IMG/VR virus record: IMGVR_UViG_3300017912_002752
DNA: 64,000 nt
DNA from: a virus
Lineage: Duplodnaviria; Caudoviricetes
Strand: one strand, 5' to 3'
How positions within the stretch are numbered: position 1 is the stretch's first letter; every line of letters begins with the position of its first letter. Positions 18,610 to 28,788 of the stretch are shown piece after piece. The notes beneath the pieces were generated by a model that was not told where the DNA came from, searched no databases, and saw only the letters and a program-made list of their open reading frames with translations. The position numbers and the translations under genes are program-made.

Positions 18610-21114
18610 AAATTCTGAAGCTTTATTTAGATTTGGGTTTGGTTTCTCCCAATCCATAGCTTTATAGAAGTCATCAAGTTTATTTTCTAACTCCTTTTCC
18701 CAAATTTTATCGTAGTCGATATATTGTTCTACAAGTTTTAAAATCTGAGGTGGGTCATTATGTCCTTTCAGACCCGTTGCCTCTAATCCAAGAGGATTCT
18801 TTTTCAAATATACCCACTTTATCTTGTCACCATCTTTCATAGGTTCGTATTTATATGGTACTTTATAGAAAGCAAGTAATTGATTGTATGTTATTGCTGC
18901 CTTTACATGAGCAGGTGAACCTTTTTTAAACTCACCCAATACTTGTGTTTTTGTTGTATATTTACTCATACCTTTGACTGCTGAGTTCTTTGCGATATCA
19001 ATAAATGGTCTATCTTCCATTTCTTTTTTATAGTCAAGAATCTTAGTATCAATTTCTTTTTTATCAACGGACCTTAGAATATCTAACAAAACAGTTTTCA
19101 TAACTTCTTTGAAGTAAGTTGGGAATGAACTTCTTTTAACATCCAATCCTTTTACATCTAACTTGTCACAATCAACTTCGTTATCATTGATAATCCATTG
19201 TGCGTATCTTTTCTTTGATACCCAAAATCCACCCTTTGCAATTGTTTCTTGTTTAATATCAAATTTATGAGAATCAATATTAAACAATCGTTTTGCCATT
19301 GTATCATAAACCTTGTTGATATGAGTTTCTACTTCTTTTGCTGCGGATAGAATCGCAGGAATCATTTCTTCATCCGAATCCTCATTGAGTTCAGGATTAC
19401 GAGATTTTACTAATGGAGCGGCCTGATAAAAAACAGAATCAGTATCGGTATAAACATTGTAGTCATCTTCTTTTCCTATTACTTTTGAATAATATTGATT
19501 TGCAATCAACTCAGTTGTTTTAATTACAGTTTGACCTGTAATCGTAGTTGCCTCTGCGTTATCTACATCATAAAATCTGAATGATGGTAGTCCCAGCACT
19601 CCATACAATGAGTTCAACATAATCTTTTGTACCAATTGTCGTTTACCATAGAACTTGTATTGTTCGTCATTACCCTCTTTACCATACTTTTTCATCAAGT
19701 TTTTGTATTCAACTCTTTTGTCAAACCAAACACTTAGTATCTCAGGTATAACCCCAACTTTATCAGTTCTATATAAAACACCATTTGCGGCAACAGAGTA
19801 TTTGTTTTTCTCAATAAACTTTAGAAACTTTTCTTTAGGTAAAGGTGGAAACTCATTACCACCATCATCTATAATTGAATAAGTTTCAAGATTACCTTTC
19901 ATATGTTGTTCAGCAGAATAACCTTTTAGTTTACCAATCTTGGTCTCAGGTGATATATTGATACTCATAATAATAGATGGATATAGAGAAGTTAAATCCA
20001 AATCGTAAACCCATTTGTAAAGACCAGGTTTAGGTTCTTTTACATACGCACCTGTAAATTTACCTTCACCATCAGAACCATCTTCATTTCTTGGTTTTCG
20101 TCTTGGTTTGTTGGGCGCCACCCTACCACTTCTTCTAAGGAATGTTAATATTGCTCCTTCTAACCATTTTGATGAGAATAAAAAATCTTCGTAGAACACA
20201 TGACCTGTGTGACATATTGCCCTTGCCAAATCAATGAACTGAAGTTTTTTATCCAAGTCCACTACTAATTCAACATCAACTAAGTTGTACTCAATAAACT
20301 TCTCTATATCATCCCTAAATAATTGGTCCAAGTTACCTTCATACTCAATCTTACCTCTACCCAACTCAATAGTTGCTACCGTGTCTAATCGATAGTTAGG
20401 TAATTCGGTAAAGTTGTAACACTTATAAAGTGCTAAATAATCCAAACAACTAACACCACCAATAATGTATCTACTTCTATATTTGTTATAGGATACTTTA
20501 CCAATCGGTGACAACTGATTTGCGAATTGTTGACCAAACAATAGTTTGTATCTATTGTAAAGATAAGTAACATCAAAGTAGTCTATATTCCAACCTGTAA
20601 CTATTGTTGGATTTATTTCTCTCCACTTTGTCATGAACGCTGATAATAGACCTTCTTCAGTATCAAATGATTCTACCTTAGCTCCTTTGATTGTTTTATT
20701 AATCTTTTCACCTTGATTGACAACATAAACAAAATAATCATTTGTAATAGAATCGTGACCTGCGATTGAAGTGATTGCGTTACTTGCCGTTTCTATATCA
20801 GGCAACCCACTATTCATTTCAACCTCGATATCAAATGTCATGATTGTATGTCCTGTTGAAACTTCATCAGAGTCACCATACTCATCAATCAAGAAACGAG
20901 TCATTTCGTTTACATCTGATTCATATAATTGTAAATCATCGTCTGCTTTCCAAAAATTTAATTTCTTGAGTCTTTCACCATGAATAGATTGGTGTGCTCC
21001 ATTTCCATCCTTCACATAAGCATATCTACGATACTTAGATGTAAAGTAACCTTTCTGGTCATCCCAACAATGGATGATAGACTTTTCTTTTTCGAAGAAT
21101 ACATTTTGATACAT
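18598..21114 (-). CDS. DNA polymerase family B (gp43-like)
   Basis: Exo I FDIEV, Exo II GWNIDYFD; polymerase motifs DLTSLYPS, KIMLNSLYG and YTDTDS. Confidence 0.95.
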   Translation of the reverse strand: MYQNVFFEKEKSIIHCWDDQKGYFTSKYRRYAYVKDGNGAHQSIHGERLKKLNFWKADDDLQLYESDVNEMTRFLIDEYGDSDEVSTGHTIMTFDIEVEMNSGLPDIETASNAITSIAGHDSITNDYFVYVVNQGEKINKTIKGAKVESFDTEEGLLSAFMTKWREINPTIVTGWNIDYFDVTYLYNRYKLLFGQQFANQLSPIGKVSYNKYRSRYIIGGVSCLDYLALYKCYNFTELPNYRLDTVATIELGRGKIEYEGNLDQLFRDDIEKFIEYNLVDVELVVDLDKKLQFIDLARAICHTGHVFYEDFLFSSKWLEGAILTFLRRSGRVAPNKPRRKPRNEDGSDGEGKFTGAYVKEPKPGLYKWVYDLDLTSLYPSIIMSINISPETKIGKLKGYSAEQHMKGNLETYSIIDDGGNEFPPLPKEKFLKFIEKNKYSVAANGVLYRTDKVGVIPEILSVWFDKRVEYKNLMKKYGKEGNDEQYKFYGKRQLVQKIMLNSLYGVLGLPSFRFYDVDNAEATTITGQTVIKTTELIANQYYSKVIGKEDDYNVYTDTDSVFYQAAPLVKSRNPELNEDSDEEMIPAILSAAKEVETHINKVYDTMAKRLFNIDSHKFDIKQETIAKGGFWVSKKRYAQWIINDNEVDCDKLDVKGLDVKRSSFPTYFKEVMKTVLLDILRSVDKKEIDTKILDYKKEMEDRPFIDIAKNSAVKGMSKYTTKTQVLGEFKKGSPAHVKAAITYNQLLAFYKVPYKYEPMKDGDKIKWVYLKKNPLGLEATGLKGHNDPPQILKLVEQYIDYDKIWEKELENKLDDFYKAMDWEKPNPNLNKASEFFGF

Positions 21115-21118
21115 AAGT

Positions 21119-21150
21119 TAAATATACAAAAATTTTATGACATTACCAAA
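21119..21150 (-). promoter_or_regulatory. Bacteroidota-type promoter (TTTG-N20-TATATTTA)
   Basis: 4 nt upstream of the PolB ATG. Confidence 0.7.
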
Positions 21151-21931
21151 AACTAACTGCGTTTTCTGGTGTATAAGTTTCATGTTTTTCTATTGGTGGT
21201 AAAAACTCCTCAGGGTCTTTTGGATATGGACTTGTTTTGTGTTTTAACATTTTACTAAGTTTCCGTTTTTCCGATTTGTTCTTACCTAAGATTTGAATGT
21301 ACCTATGTTTAGGCGCCTCTTTCTTTCGCCAGAACTCTCTTACATTCTGTTTTCCTATTTCTTTTTTTAAATGTTCTACATTATGTGACCCCCACTTAGA
21401 AAATACAGTCCTTGAATGAATCCAATCGTAAGGACTATCACTAAGTGATACTGAATAGTTTGGCATTAGTTGTATATCACGACAATCTTGATATAACCAA
21501 TTAGTTGCTTGATAAATGCCACCGAGGTGTAATTGTTCAGGGTCTGCATAACTTAACAACATTTTAATTTTTGGTGCGTTTTCTTTCATCCATTTAAAAG
21601 ACTGACCCATTGCGTATGATTCTATATTTGAACCATATCCATCATGGATGAACAATCTTGTCAACTCCAAACACTCATCTTTCTCTAAACCATCAATTAC
21701 AGACTTAATAGCTGAACGACCTACGGGATATCCATATACCAAGCAACCAATTAGTTTTTCACTACCAAAGAATCCATCATCACCATTGTAATATACACCG
21801 AGTGCATATCTACACATAGTCCACGCATGAGAGTAGTGATATTTTATAATCATCTGTTTTGCCACACTTTTATTGATTTCTCTAATAGAAACCTTTGATG
21901 TGTCTACATAATGTTTATTAGGTTCTTTCAA
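21143..21931 (-). CDS. Mom-like (GNAT-fold) DNA adenine modification protein, paralogue 2
   Basis: KYHYS, LELTRL, SYADPEQLHLGGIYQATNWLY and KHRY. Confidence 0.8.
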   Translation of the reverse strand: MKEPNKHYVDTSKVSIREINKSVAKQMIIKYHYSHAWTMCRYALGVYYNGDDGFFGSEKLIGCLVYGYPVGRSAIKSVIDGLEKDECLELTRLFIHDGYGSNIESYAMGQSFKWMKENAPKIKMLLSYADPEQLHLGGIYQATNWLYQDCRDIQLMPNYSVSLSDSPYDWIHSRTVFSKWGSHNVEHLKKEIGKQNVREFWRKKEAPKHRYIQILGKNKSEKRKLSKMLKHKTSPYPKDPEEFLPPIEKHETYTPENAVSFW

Positions 21932-22670
21932 TTGGTTCTAATTTTTTTATTTCTTCTTCAAATAACTCACTCTGTTTAGGATATGGTAATGAAGGATATT
22001 TTAAACTCTTTAATATACGACTTTTTTTTGACTTATCCAAAATATAAATGTATCTATGCTTTCTTGGTTCTTTTTTTATCCAAAAAGTTTTACCAATTAC
22101 CTTTTGTATTTTAGTTGGATTATTAGTTCCATAATATGGAAAAATTGTTCTACCATGTTGCCACTCACCATTTTCCTCAAACTTAAATAACCAACTATCA
22201 TTTGGTCTAATTCTATTTCCTTGATATATCCAGTTTGTAGATTGATAAACAGTTCCCAAATGACCTGCTTTTGGGTCTGAGTATGATATCAATCCTTTAA
22301 TATGTCTTGCGTGTTTTCTTAACCACTTAAATGTTTGTCCAACAAACCAACTCTCAACATTACATCCATATCCATCGAATACGAATAATCTTGTGAGTTC
22401 TAACACTTCTTTTCTGTCTAATAACTCTGATATTGATTGACCAGAGTGTCTTCCGATTGGGTCACCATATGTTGCAACACCAATTAACTTATCTGTTGAT
22501 GAAAAGAAAGAGTGTGAATCATCCTCGACATATAACCCCAAACAATAACTAACTTTAGTCCAAATACCACTATAATGGTTTTTTATGATAATGTCCTTTG
22601 CTACTGATTTTGAGATAGGTCTTACGGATAACTTTGAAATATCTGTATACTCTTTCCCTTTAATTTTCAT
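21918..22670 (-). CDS. Mom-like (GNAT-fold) DNA adenine modification protein, paralogue 1
   Basis: KNHYS, LELTRL, SYSDPKAGHLGTVYQSTNWIY and KHRY. Confidence 0.8.
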   Translation of the reverse strand: MKIKGKEYTDISKLSVRPISKSVAKDIIIKNHYSGIWTKVSYCLGLYVEDDSHSFFSSTDKLIGVATYGDPIGRHSGQSISELLDRKEVLELTRLFVFDGYGCNVESWFVGQTFKWLRKHARHIKGLISYSDPKAGHLGTVYQSTNWIYQGNRIRPNDSWLFKFEENGEWQHGRTIFPYYGTNNPTKIQKVIGKTFWIKKEPRKHRYIYILDKSKKSRILKSLKYPSLPYPKQSELFEEEIKKLEPIERT

Positions 22671-22870
22671 TGATAATCGTTAAATTCACCAAACAATAAA
22701 TGTTTCCAAGTTTCACCTCTAACTATTTTTCTTATGTTAGCAGGTGACACACCGTTGTTTCTTGCCAATACTCTAATGTTACGATGACCAACAGACCACA
22801 ACTTACGAATAGACCTTACTTGTCTTTCCGTTAATTTATGTTGTGGATGTAATTCACCTCTTAATGCCAT
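22667..22870 (-). CDS. Small HTH DNA-binding protein (resembles the C-terminal domain of HNH homing endonucleases)
   Basis: GELHPQHKLTERQVRSIR...LARNNGVSPANIRKIVRGETWKH; ATG at 22870 preferred. Confidence 0.65.
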   Translation of the reverse strand: MALRGELHPQHKLTERQVRSIRKLWSVGHRNIRVLARNNGVSPANIRKIVRGETWKHLLFGEFNDYQ

Positions 22871-22884
22871 TCTAAACCTTTTCA

Positions 22885-22916
22885 CTAATATACAAAATTT
22901 TTATTAATTTTCCAAA
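22885..22916 (-). promoter_or_regulatory. Bacteroidota-type promoter (TTTG-N20-TATATTAG)
   Basis: Exact 20-nt spacer; heads the HTH-mom-mom unit. Confidence 0.7.
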
Positions 22917-23461
22917 AATAAATCACCAACTTCTAAACCAGATGGTACTTTATCCCATAAGTTGATTGCGATTGCTCTTCTTGTACCACGAGTAACTTTA
23001 GTAACTCGATGTGTATGTTCACCTGCAGGAAATATAACCAATCTATTGTATTTTGGTTCTAATCTTTCAGGTTCACCATGTTGCCCATGTGGATAAATTT
23101 CAAGGTAACCACCATCGATATCATTTTCCCATGGATAAAAAACAGTACCTATTACAGGTGTAACTATTTCTTTTGTTTGATTATACCAATACTCATCTTT
23201 ATCAAAATGAAATGGTAAATCATCTCTTTCTTCGGTTGATGAATAAACACCAATCCAATATTCAAACCCCTCAACATTTACTGATGGGTATGGTGAGTTT
23301 TCACCCCAAATATATTGTATCAATCTTTTTTTAATTGTATTTGCAGGTGAGTTCCACCAACCATCCCACCACATATAACCTTTGGTATCAAAGAAGGTCG
23401 TGTCATTCTTTAGGTCATTTAATAGTTGTTGGTCTTTTATGAAATCATCTATTACAATCAT
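22904..23461 (-). CDS. 2OG-Fe(II) oxygenase (prolyl-hydroxylase-like)
   Basis: FHFDKDE...GGYL...PKYNRLVIF...HRVT...RRAIAIN. Confidence 0.8.
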   Translation of the reverse strand: MIVIDDFIKDQQLLNDLKNDTTFFDTKGYMWWDGWWNSPANTIKKRLIQYIWGENSPYPSVNVEGFEYWIGVYSSTEERDDLPFHFDKDEYWYNQTKEIVTPVIGTVFYPWENDIDGGYLEIYPHGQHGEPERLEPKYNRLVIFPAGEHTHRVTKVTRGTRRAIAINLWDKVPSGLEVGDLFLEN

Positions 23462-24549
23462 AAGTCTTCTACTTTCTTTAGTGCCGATGCGATTACTTGG
23501 TGCATATCGTAATACTTGTATTCTGCTAATCTACCACCAAATATAACTTTATCTTGTGCATCAGCTAATTTTTTATACTTTTGATATATCTCGTTGTTAG
23601 TTTTATCATTTACAGGATAATATGGCTCTACTCCCCTTTCATAAGGTTGTGGATACTCCCAACTAACATAAGTTCCTTTTTGATTTTGATTATCAAAATG
23701 TTTATGCTCTATAACTCGTGTATATGGTGTTTCTGAGTCCGTATAATTCATTAATGCACATCCTTGATGATTATCTTTTGATTTATACATCTTACTCATC
23801 CAATGTAAAGACTTGTATTCCAAATCACCATACTTGTAGTCAAAATACAAATCAATCGGACCTGTATAAATTACTTTATCACCCAACCCATCCCAAAAAT
23901 CTTTTTTATCAAAATAATCTGTATTTGTAAATACTTCAACATCCTCTAATAATCTTTCAAATATCTGAGTGTATCCACCAATTGGTATTCCTTGATATTT
24001 GTCATTAAAATAATTGTTGTTATATGTGTATCTTACAGGCAGTCGTTTGATAATTGACTTTGGAAGTAACTTAGCTGGCTTCATCCATTGTTTTTGAGTA
24101 TAACCTTTTATTAACTTTTCGTAAATATCTTTACCAACAAGAGCCTCTGCTTGTTCTTCTAAGTTAGTAGGATTACCTTTAAATCTTTGTGACTCAATCT
24201 TTTGTTTTGCTCCTTCAGGTGTTGTCACTCTCCACATTTTATTGAATGTGTACATATTGAAAGGTAGTGGATATATTTCACCTTTATAGTTTGCAACTAT
24301 ATTAAGTTGAAACTGATGAAAGTCTACAAACTGATTTATCCAATGCCAAACCTTTTCATTATTTGTATGAAATATGTGTGGTCCATATTTGTGTACATGA
24401 ATACCTTCTATTTCTTCGGTATAACAATTACCACCAATGTGGTCTCGTTTTTCAATAACACAAACCTTTTTACCTTGTTCTTTAAGTTCATATGCACATA
24501 CTGCCCCAAAGAAACCTGAACCCACTATTACATAATCATATTTAGCCAT
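23458..24549 (-). CDS. glf: UDP-galactopyranose mutase
   Basis: GSGFFG, HIGGNCY, HKYGPHIFHT, YQGIP and GGRLAEYKYYDMHQ. Confidence 0.92.
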   Translation of the reverse strand: MAKYDYVIVGSGFFGAVCAYELKEQGKKVCVIEKRDHIGGNCYTEEIEGIHVHKYGPHIFHTNNEKVWHWINQFVDFHQFQLNIVANYKGEIYPLPFNMYTFNKMWRVTTPEGAKQKIESQRFKGNPTNLEEQAEALVGKDIYEKLIKGYTQKQWMKPAKLLPKSIIKRLPVRYTYNNNYFNDKYQGIPIGGYTQIFERLLEDVEVFTNTDYFDKKDFWDGLGDKVIYTGPIDLYFDYKYGDLEYKSLHWMSKMYKSKDNHQGCALMNYTDSETPYTRVIEHKHFDNQNQKGTYVSWEYPQPYERGVEPYYPVNDKTNNEIYQKYKKLADAQDKVIFGGRLAEYKYYDMHQVIASALKKVEDL

Positions 24550-25672
24550 CTATTCCTTTTAATGCGATTAAGTGTAATCTACTTGGTTCATCACTCGTAT
24601 CGGTATATGAGTGGTCTTCAATCAAAAATTGCCATTTTGGGAATGGATTTTTTCTGTTAACATCAACTAACATTTTTGTAGCTTGAAGCATTCTGTGATA
24701 ATCTTTGTTCTTTTCATGGATTTTCGCCAATAGTGTAAAGTTTTCATTTCTATCAGGACAAAACTCATGTGCTCTATTTAACCATTCTATTGCTTTTTCA
24801 GTTTCACCTATAAGTTCATATGCATTACCAATACCTAAACAACACCAATAAGTAAACTCATCACCTACTACATCTATTTTATTGAAAAATCTATATTCTG
24901 GATTTACAACATAGATATATTGCTTAAAGTAAAATATGCATCTTCGTACAAACTCTTTTCGGTGGTCTTCACCAAATGGAAAATCACTTCTAAGAGTATC
25001 ATAATAGGACTTTGCTATATAAAATAAGTGATATTTATCTTCTAATACCTTATTATTAGGTATTGTATCTAATTCTAAATTTAGTGCATCTTTTAGAAAC
25101 TTCATAGGTTGTAACCATGTCTGACCATCATTGGTTAAAATATGTCTAAACTTTTTATCTAAATTTACTCTTTGAAAAGTTTCTCCTATATCATCTCTAT
25201 CTAAGTAAATTGTTTCATGTGCTTTTTCAGGATAAAATCTCCAAGGTTCTTTAGCATTCCACAACCAAGTTCTGAAATACATTATACCAGGCCCTTGACA
25301 TGGTACATTCCAACTTTGTACTGATGTATCATTAAATACTGACCAATCAAAACCATCATCGACTTGTAATTGTTCGTCTGCATCAACTCTAAGAATCCAA
25401 TCACATCCGTGGTCTGCCTCTAATGCGGTTCTTACACAATGGTCTCGATTTATACCATGTCCCTTCCACCAATCTAATTGATATAGGAAACCAGGTATTC
25501 CCTTCTCGTTAAAAAAGTTTTTAATTATGTCTTGAGTTCCATCGGTTGAACCATTATCTTGAATAACCCAATAGTCAATGTATGGGTATACACTTTCCAA
25601 CATTCTCTCAATAACATGAGATTCGTTATTAACCATTGTGTTAAAACAAAACTTTGCAGTAGTGTTTTTCAT
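24542..25672 (-). CDS. GT2 glycosyltransferase with C-terminal TPR-like region
   Basis: MVNNESHVIERML, DNGSTDGT, RVDADE and AHE; helical C-terminus (FYIAKSYYD, AIEWL..A..PDRNE). Confidence 0.8.
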   Translation of the reverse strand: MKNTTAKFCFNTMVNNESHVIERMLESVYPYIDYWVIQDNGSTDGTQDIIKNFFNEKGIPGFLYQLDWWKGHGINRDHCVRTALEADHGCDWILRVDADEQLQVDDGFDWSVFNDTSVQSWNVPCQGPGIMYFRTWLWNAKEPWRFYPEKAHETIYLDRDDIGETFQRVNLDKKFRHILTNDGQTWLQPMKFLKDALNLELDTIPNNKVLEDKYHLFYIAKSYYDTLRSDFPFGEDHRKEFVRRCIFYFKQYIYVVNPEYRFFNKIDVVGDEFTYWCCLGIGNAYELIGETEKAIEWLNRAHEFCPDRNENFTLLAKIHEKNKDYHRMLQATKMLVDVNRKNPFPKWQFLIEDHSYTDTSDEPSRLHLIALKGIDG

Positions 25673-25688
25673 AACTTATTTTATTTCT

Positions 25689-25925
25689 TTATGCAGATAA
25701 ATACTCATTCATAGGTTTAACACCAATGTGTCTTTTAACTTCTTGTCCACCTTCTAACAGAACTACTGTTGGTACACTTCTAATTCCATACTTCTGTGCG
25801 AAGTCGGGTTGTTCATCTACATTTACTTTTTTTACAGGAATAGTGTTACTCACTTGTTCCATTACAGGACTCAACATTTTACATGGTTGACACCATGGTG
25901 CTGAAAAATACAAATATTCTTTCAT
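25689..25925 (-). CDS. Thioredoxin
   Basis: WCQPC active site and cis-Pro VPT. Confidence 0.9.
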   Translation of the reverse strand: MKEYLYFSAPWCQPCKMLSPVMEQVSNTIPVKKVNVDEQPDFAQKYGIRSVPTVVLLEGGQEVKRHIGVKPMNEYLSA

Positions 25926-25939
25926 TTTATTTACCTACA

Positions 25940-27724
25940 TTAACCATCGCAAGATACACAATCGGGGTCTAATGCTCGTGCTGCGATGTCACCACGAAGG
26001 ACAGACTCCGTTCTCATATAATATAAAGTTTTGATTCCTTGTTTCCACGCTTCCATAGTGACTTGATTAATCCACTTTGGACTTGCTTCAGATGGAAACG
26101 CCAGATTCAACGAAACCGATTGGTCAACATATTGTTGTCTAACACCTGCTTGTCTAATTAATTCTAATTGATTAATTTCTTTGAAGGTTTTAAATACATC
26201 CTTGACCCAAAAAACTTGGTCTTTTTCAAATGCCTCTTGAGGAATGTCTTCTTTTTTCAAAAGTTTTCCATCTACATATCCCCAATTATCCAATTCTTTA
26301 ATATCTTGAACCGAACCACCATCTTCTAAGACTTTATCCCAAGTTCCTTTTTTATTTATACCCACTTTTCTAAATACCTTTTCTAATTCAAGGTTTTTAC
26401 GGATGAATGTTCCCTTTGCCGTTTGTTCCGTAAATACATTGGAAGGCCAAGGTTCGATTCCTGCGGATACATTACCACTTAATTTAGAATTAGAAACAGT
26501 AGGAGCAATTGCTCTTAAGTGTGTGTTTCTAAATCCACTATCTTTACACCATAATGGTTCACCATACTCGGTAGCTAAATCTCTACTTGCTCTTTCTGAT
26601 TCAATCTTAATTTGAGAAAAAATCTTACGAGTTTCAAACTGAGCGGTCAGTCCTTCAAAGGATATACCTTTTCTTTGTAAGTAGGTGTGCCATCCAAGAA
26701 CTCCTAAACCTAATGCTCTACCTTTTTCTGCTGAACGAACTGCGTTTTCAAAACCTCTCATGTTTTTTGCTTTCTGTAAAAACTCTGAAAGGACACCATC
26801 TAAGAAATAAGTTGATGTATAAATTAAATCTGTATCTTTCCACTCATCATACTTTGCTAAGTTGAGTGAGGATAAACAACAAACAAAACTATGTGATTCA
26901 TCCGTATGTAGTACAATCTCAGAACAAATATTTGTCATAAAGACTTTTAGTCCATTATCTTTGTACATCGCAGGATTTGCTTTGTTTACATTACCCTTAA
27001 ACATTATATAAGGTTCACCTGTTGCTTTTCTCTTTTGAAGTACTTTACCCCACCTTCTTCTTGCTTCAGGTACACCATCTTCTAATTGTCTCATGAACTT
27101 ATCACCAACAACAATACATTGGTGTAGGTTCATACATTGTCTATTTACATCACCCTTTGGTTCTCTGATTTCAATCCACTCATCAAAATCATCGTGTTCA
27201 ATGTTTAAGTTTACAGATGCTGCTCCTCTTCTAACTGCACCTTGGTTTGTAGCAAGGATTGTAGAATCATAAATCTTACAAAATGGTACAACACCATCTG
27301 ATGTTCCGTTTTGTGTAATATTAGCACCTGCAGGTCTGATTTGATTTACACCAATACCAACACCACCACCATGTTTTGCAAGTAACATCATTTCTAAGTT
27401 CTTAGTACCAATTTCAAAGATACTATCACCTACATCGATACCAAAACAAGAAATAGGTAATCCTCTATCCGTGCCAGTATTAGATAAAACAGGAGAGGCT
27501 AGATTCAACCAACCTTTCCAAATGTAATCAAAGAACTTTGAAGCAAGTTGTGGTTTGTTCAGTCTTCTTGCTACTGCCGTTGATACTCTCCAATATGCAT
27601 CTTTGGGTTTTTCGCCAGGAAGTAAATAACCATTTGATATTGTTTTTACATATATTTCGGTGTTTGCCCAAACGGGAAAATCTACACCAACTTCCCAACC
27701 TAAATTTTCTGCGTGATTCTTCAT
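25940..27724 (-). CDS. nrdA: Ribonucleotide reductase class Ia, alpha subunit
   Basis: PISCF, TNICSEI, AIAPT, KTLYY and C-terminal CVSC. Confidence 0.95.
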   Translation of the reverse strand: MKNHAENLGWEVGVDFPVWANTEIYVKTISNGYLLPGEKPKDAYWRVSTAVARRLNKPQLASKFFDYIWKGWLNLASPVLSNTGTDRGLPISCFGIDVGDSIFEIGTKNLEMMLLAKHGGGVGIGVNQIRPAGANITQNGTSDGVVPFCKIYDSTILATNQGAVRRGAASVNLNIEHDDFDEWIEIREPKGDVNRQCMNLHQCIVVGDKFMRQLEDGVPEARRRWGKVLQKRKATGEPYIMFKGNVNKANPAMYKDNGLKVFMTNICSEIVLHTDESHSFVCCLSSLNLAKYDEWKDTDLIYTSTYFLDGVLSEFLQKAKNMRGFENAVRSAEKGRALGLGVLGWHTYLQRKGISFEGLTAQFETRKIFSQIKIESERASRDLATEYGEPLWCKDSGFRNTHLRAIAPTVSNSKLSGNVSAGIEPWPSNVFTEQTAKGTFIRKNLELEKVFRKVGINKKGTWDKVLEDGGSVQDIKELDNWGYVDGKLLKKEDIPQEAFEKDQVFWVKDVFKTFKEINQLELIRQAGVRQQYVDQSVSLNLAFPSEASPKWINQVTMEAWKQGIKTLYYMRTESVLRGDIAARALDPDCVSCDG

Positions 27725-27736
27725 AACTAATTTTTC

Positions 27737-28729
27737 TTAAAATATGTCGTCCCAATCTTCACCTTCGTTTGCCTTACTATAATCAGTAGGTCTGATAGCG
27801 AAGAAGTCCGTATGTGTTTGTCCACCTGTTAAGTGGTAGAACCAATCTAAATTACCTGCTTTCTCTGCATCAAAGTCAAAGATACCATCATATCCTAACT
27901 CTTTTAATTTAGAATTTGTTCTTGATTTTATAAATTCTTTTAGGTCATCTGCTTTTAGATTTTCCAAGTCACCCATCTCAAACATCTTATCAATGTACTT
28001 CAACTCAAGTTCAACGATTAGTTTAGCCGCTTCCTCGATTGAGTCTTTACATTGGTCTAATAATTCAGGGTATTCTTCACACATATGTCTAAATAACTGA
28101 CATCCCATCTTAGAATGTAAAGATTCGTCTCTTACACTCCATTTCATTTGCTGACCTATACCTTTTAACTTGTTTCTCATTTGAAATGAGTAAAGTACTG
28201 CGAATGAGGAATATAACGCCACACCCTCTGTAAATGCTGAGAATATAGCGAGTGATTTTCCTACTTCTTTTCTTGCGTCTGCATTATCTTTAAGGTCTTC
28301 CCAAGTATATCTGTTTGTTATACTAGCAAGGTTCTCAAATCTTTCTGCAGTCGCTGGTTCATGTAGGAATGCCTCAAAGTCTTCTAATCCGAGAGACTCG
28401 TTTAAATATGAATATGCCGTTGCGTGAATGGTTTCTTGTGAACCAAACATCATTGCCATTTGTTTTATTTCGTGTTTTGGAAACCATTCTGTTACCCAAC
28501 CTGTCCAATAATCTGATACTGCACATTCGGTTTGTGCGAATCCAAGTAGAATGTTACCGACTAAGTTTTTTTCCTCTGGTGTAAGATGTTCATTCCAATC
28601 TTTTATGTCCCCTTGCATTGGAATTTCAGTATGTAACCAAAATGCCTGTGCTTGTTTTAACCAACCTTCTGTGTAATACTCAGGGTATTCAAAAGGTTTA
28701 AACGGAATACGATTATCAAATAATCCCAT
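27737..28729 (-). CDS. nrdB: Ribonucleotide reductase class Ia, beta subunit
   Basis: QETIHATAY, EGVALYSSF, RDESLH and TDFF. Confidence 0.95.
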   Translation of the reverse strand: MGLFDNRIPFKPFEYPEYYTEGWLKQAQAFWLHTEIPMQGDIKDWNEHLTPEEKNLVGNILLGFAQTECAVSDYWTGWVTEWFPKHEIKQMAMMFGSQETIHATAYSYLNESLGLEDFEAFLHEPATAERFENLASITNRYTWEDLKDNADARKEVGKSLAIFSAFTEGVALYSSFAVLYSFQMRNKLKGIGQQMKWSVRDESLHSKMGCQLFRHMCEEYPELLDQCKDSIEEAAKLIVELELKYIDKMFEMGDLENLKADDLKEFIKSRTNSKLKELGYDGIFDFDAEKAGNLDWFYHLTGGQTHTDFFAIRPTDYSKANEGEDWDDIF

Positions 28730-28788
28730 AGTGATTTTATAGATTTTAAATTATACTTTTTGTTATATGTCGGTGATAATATATATGA

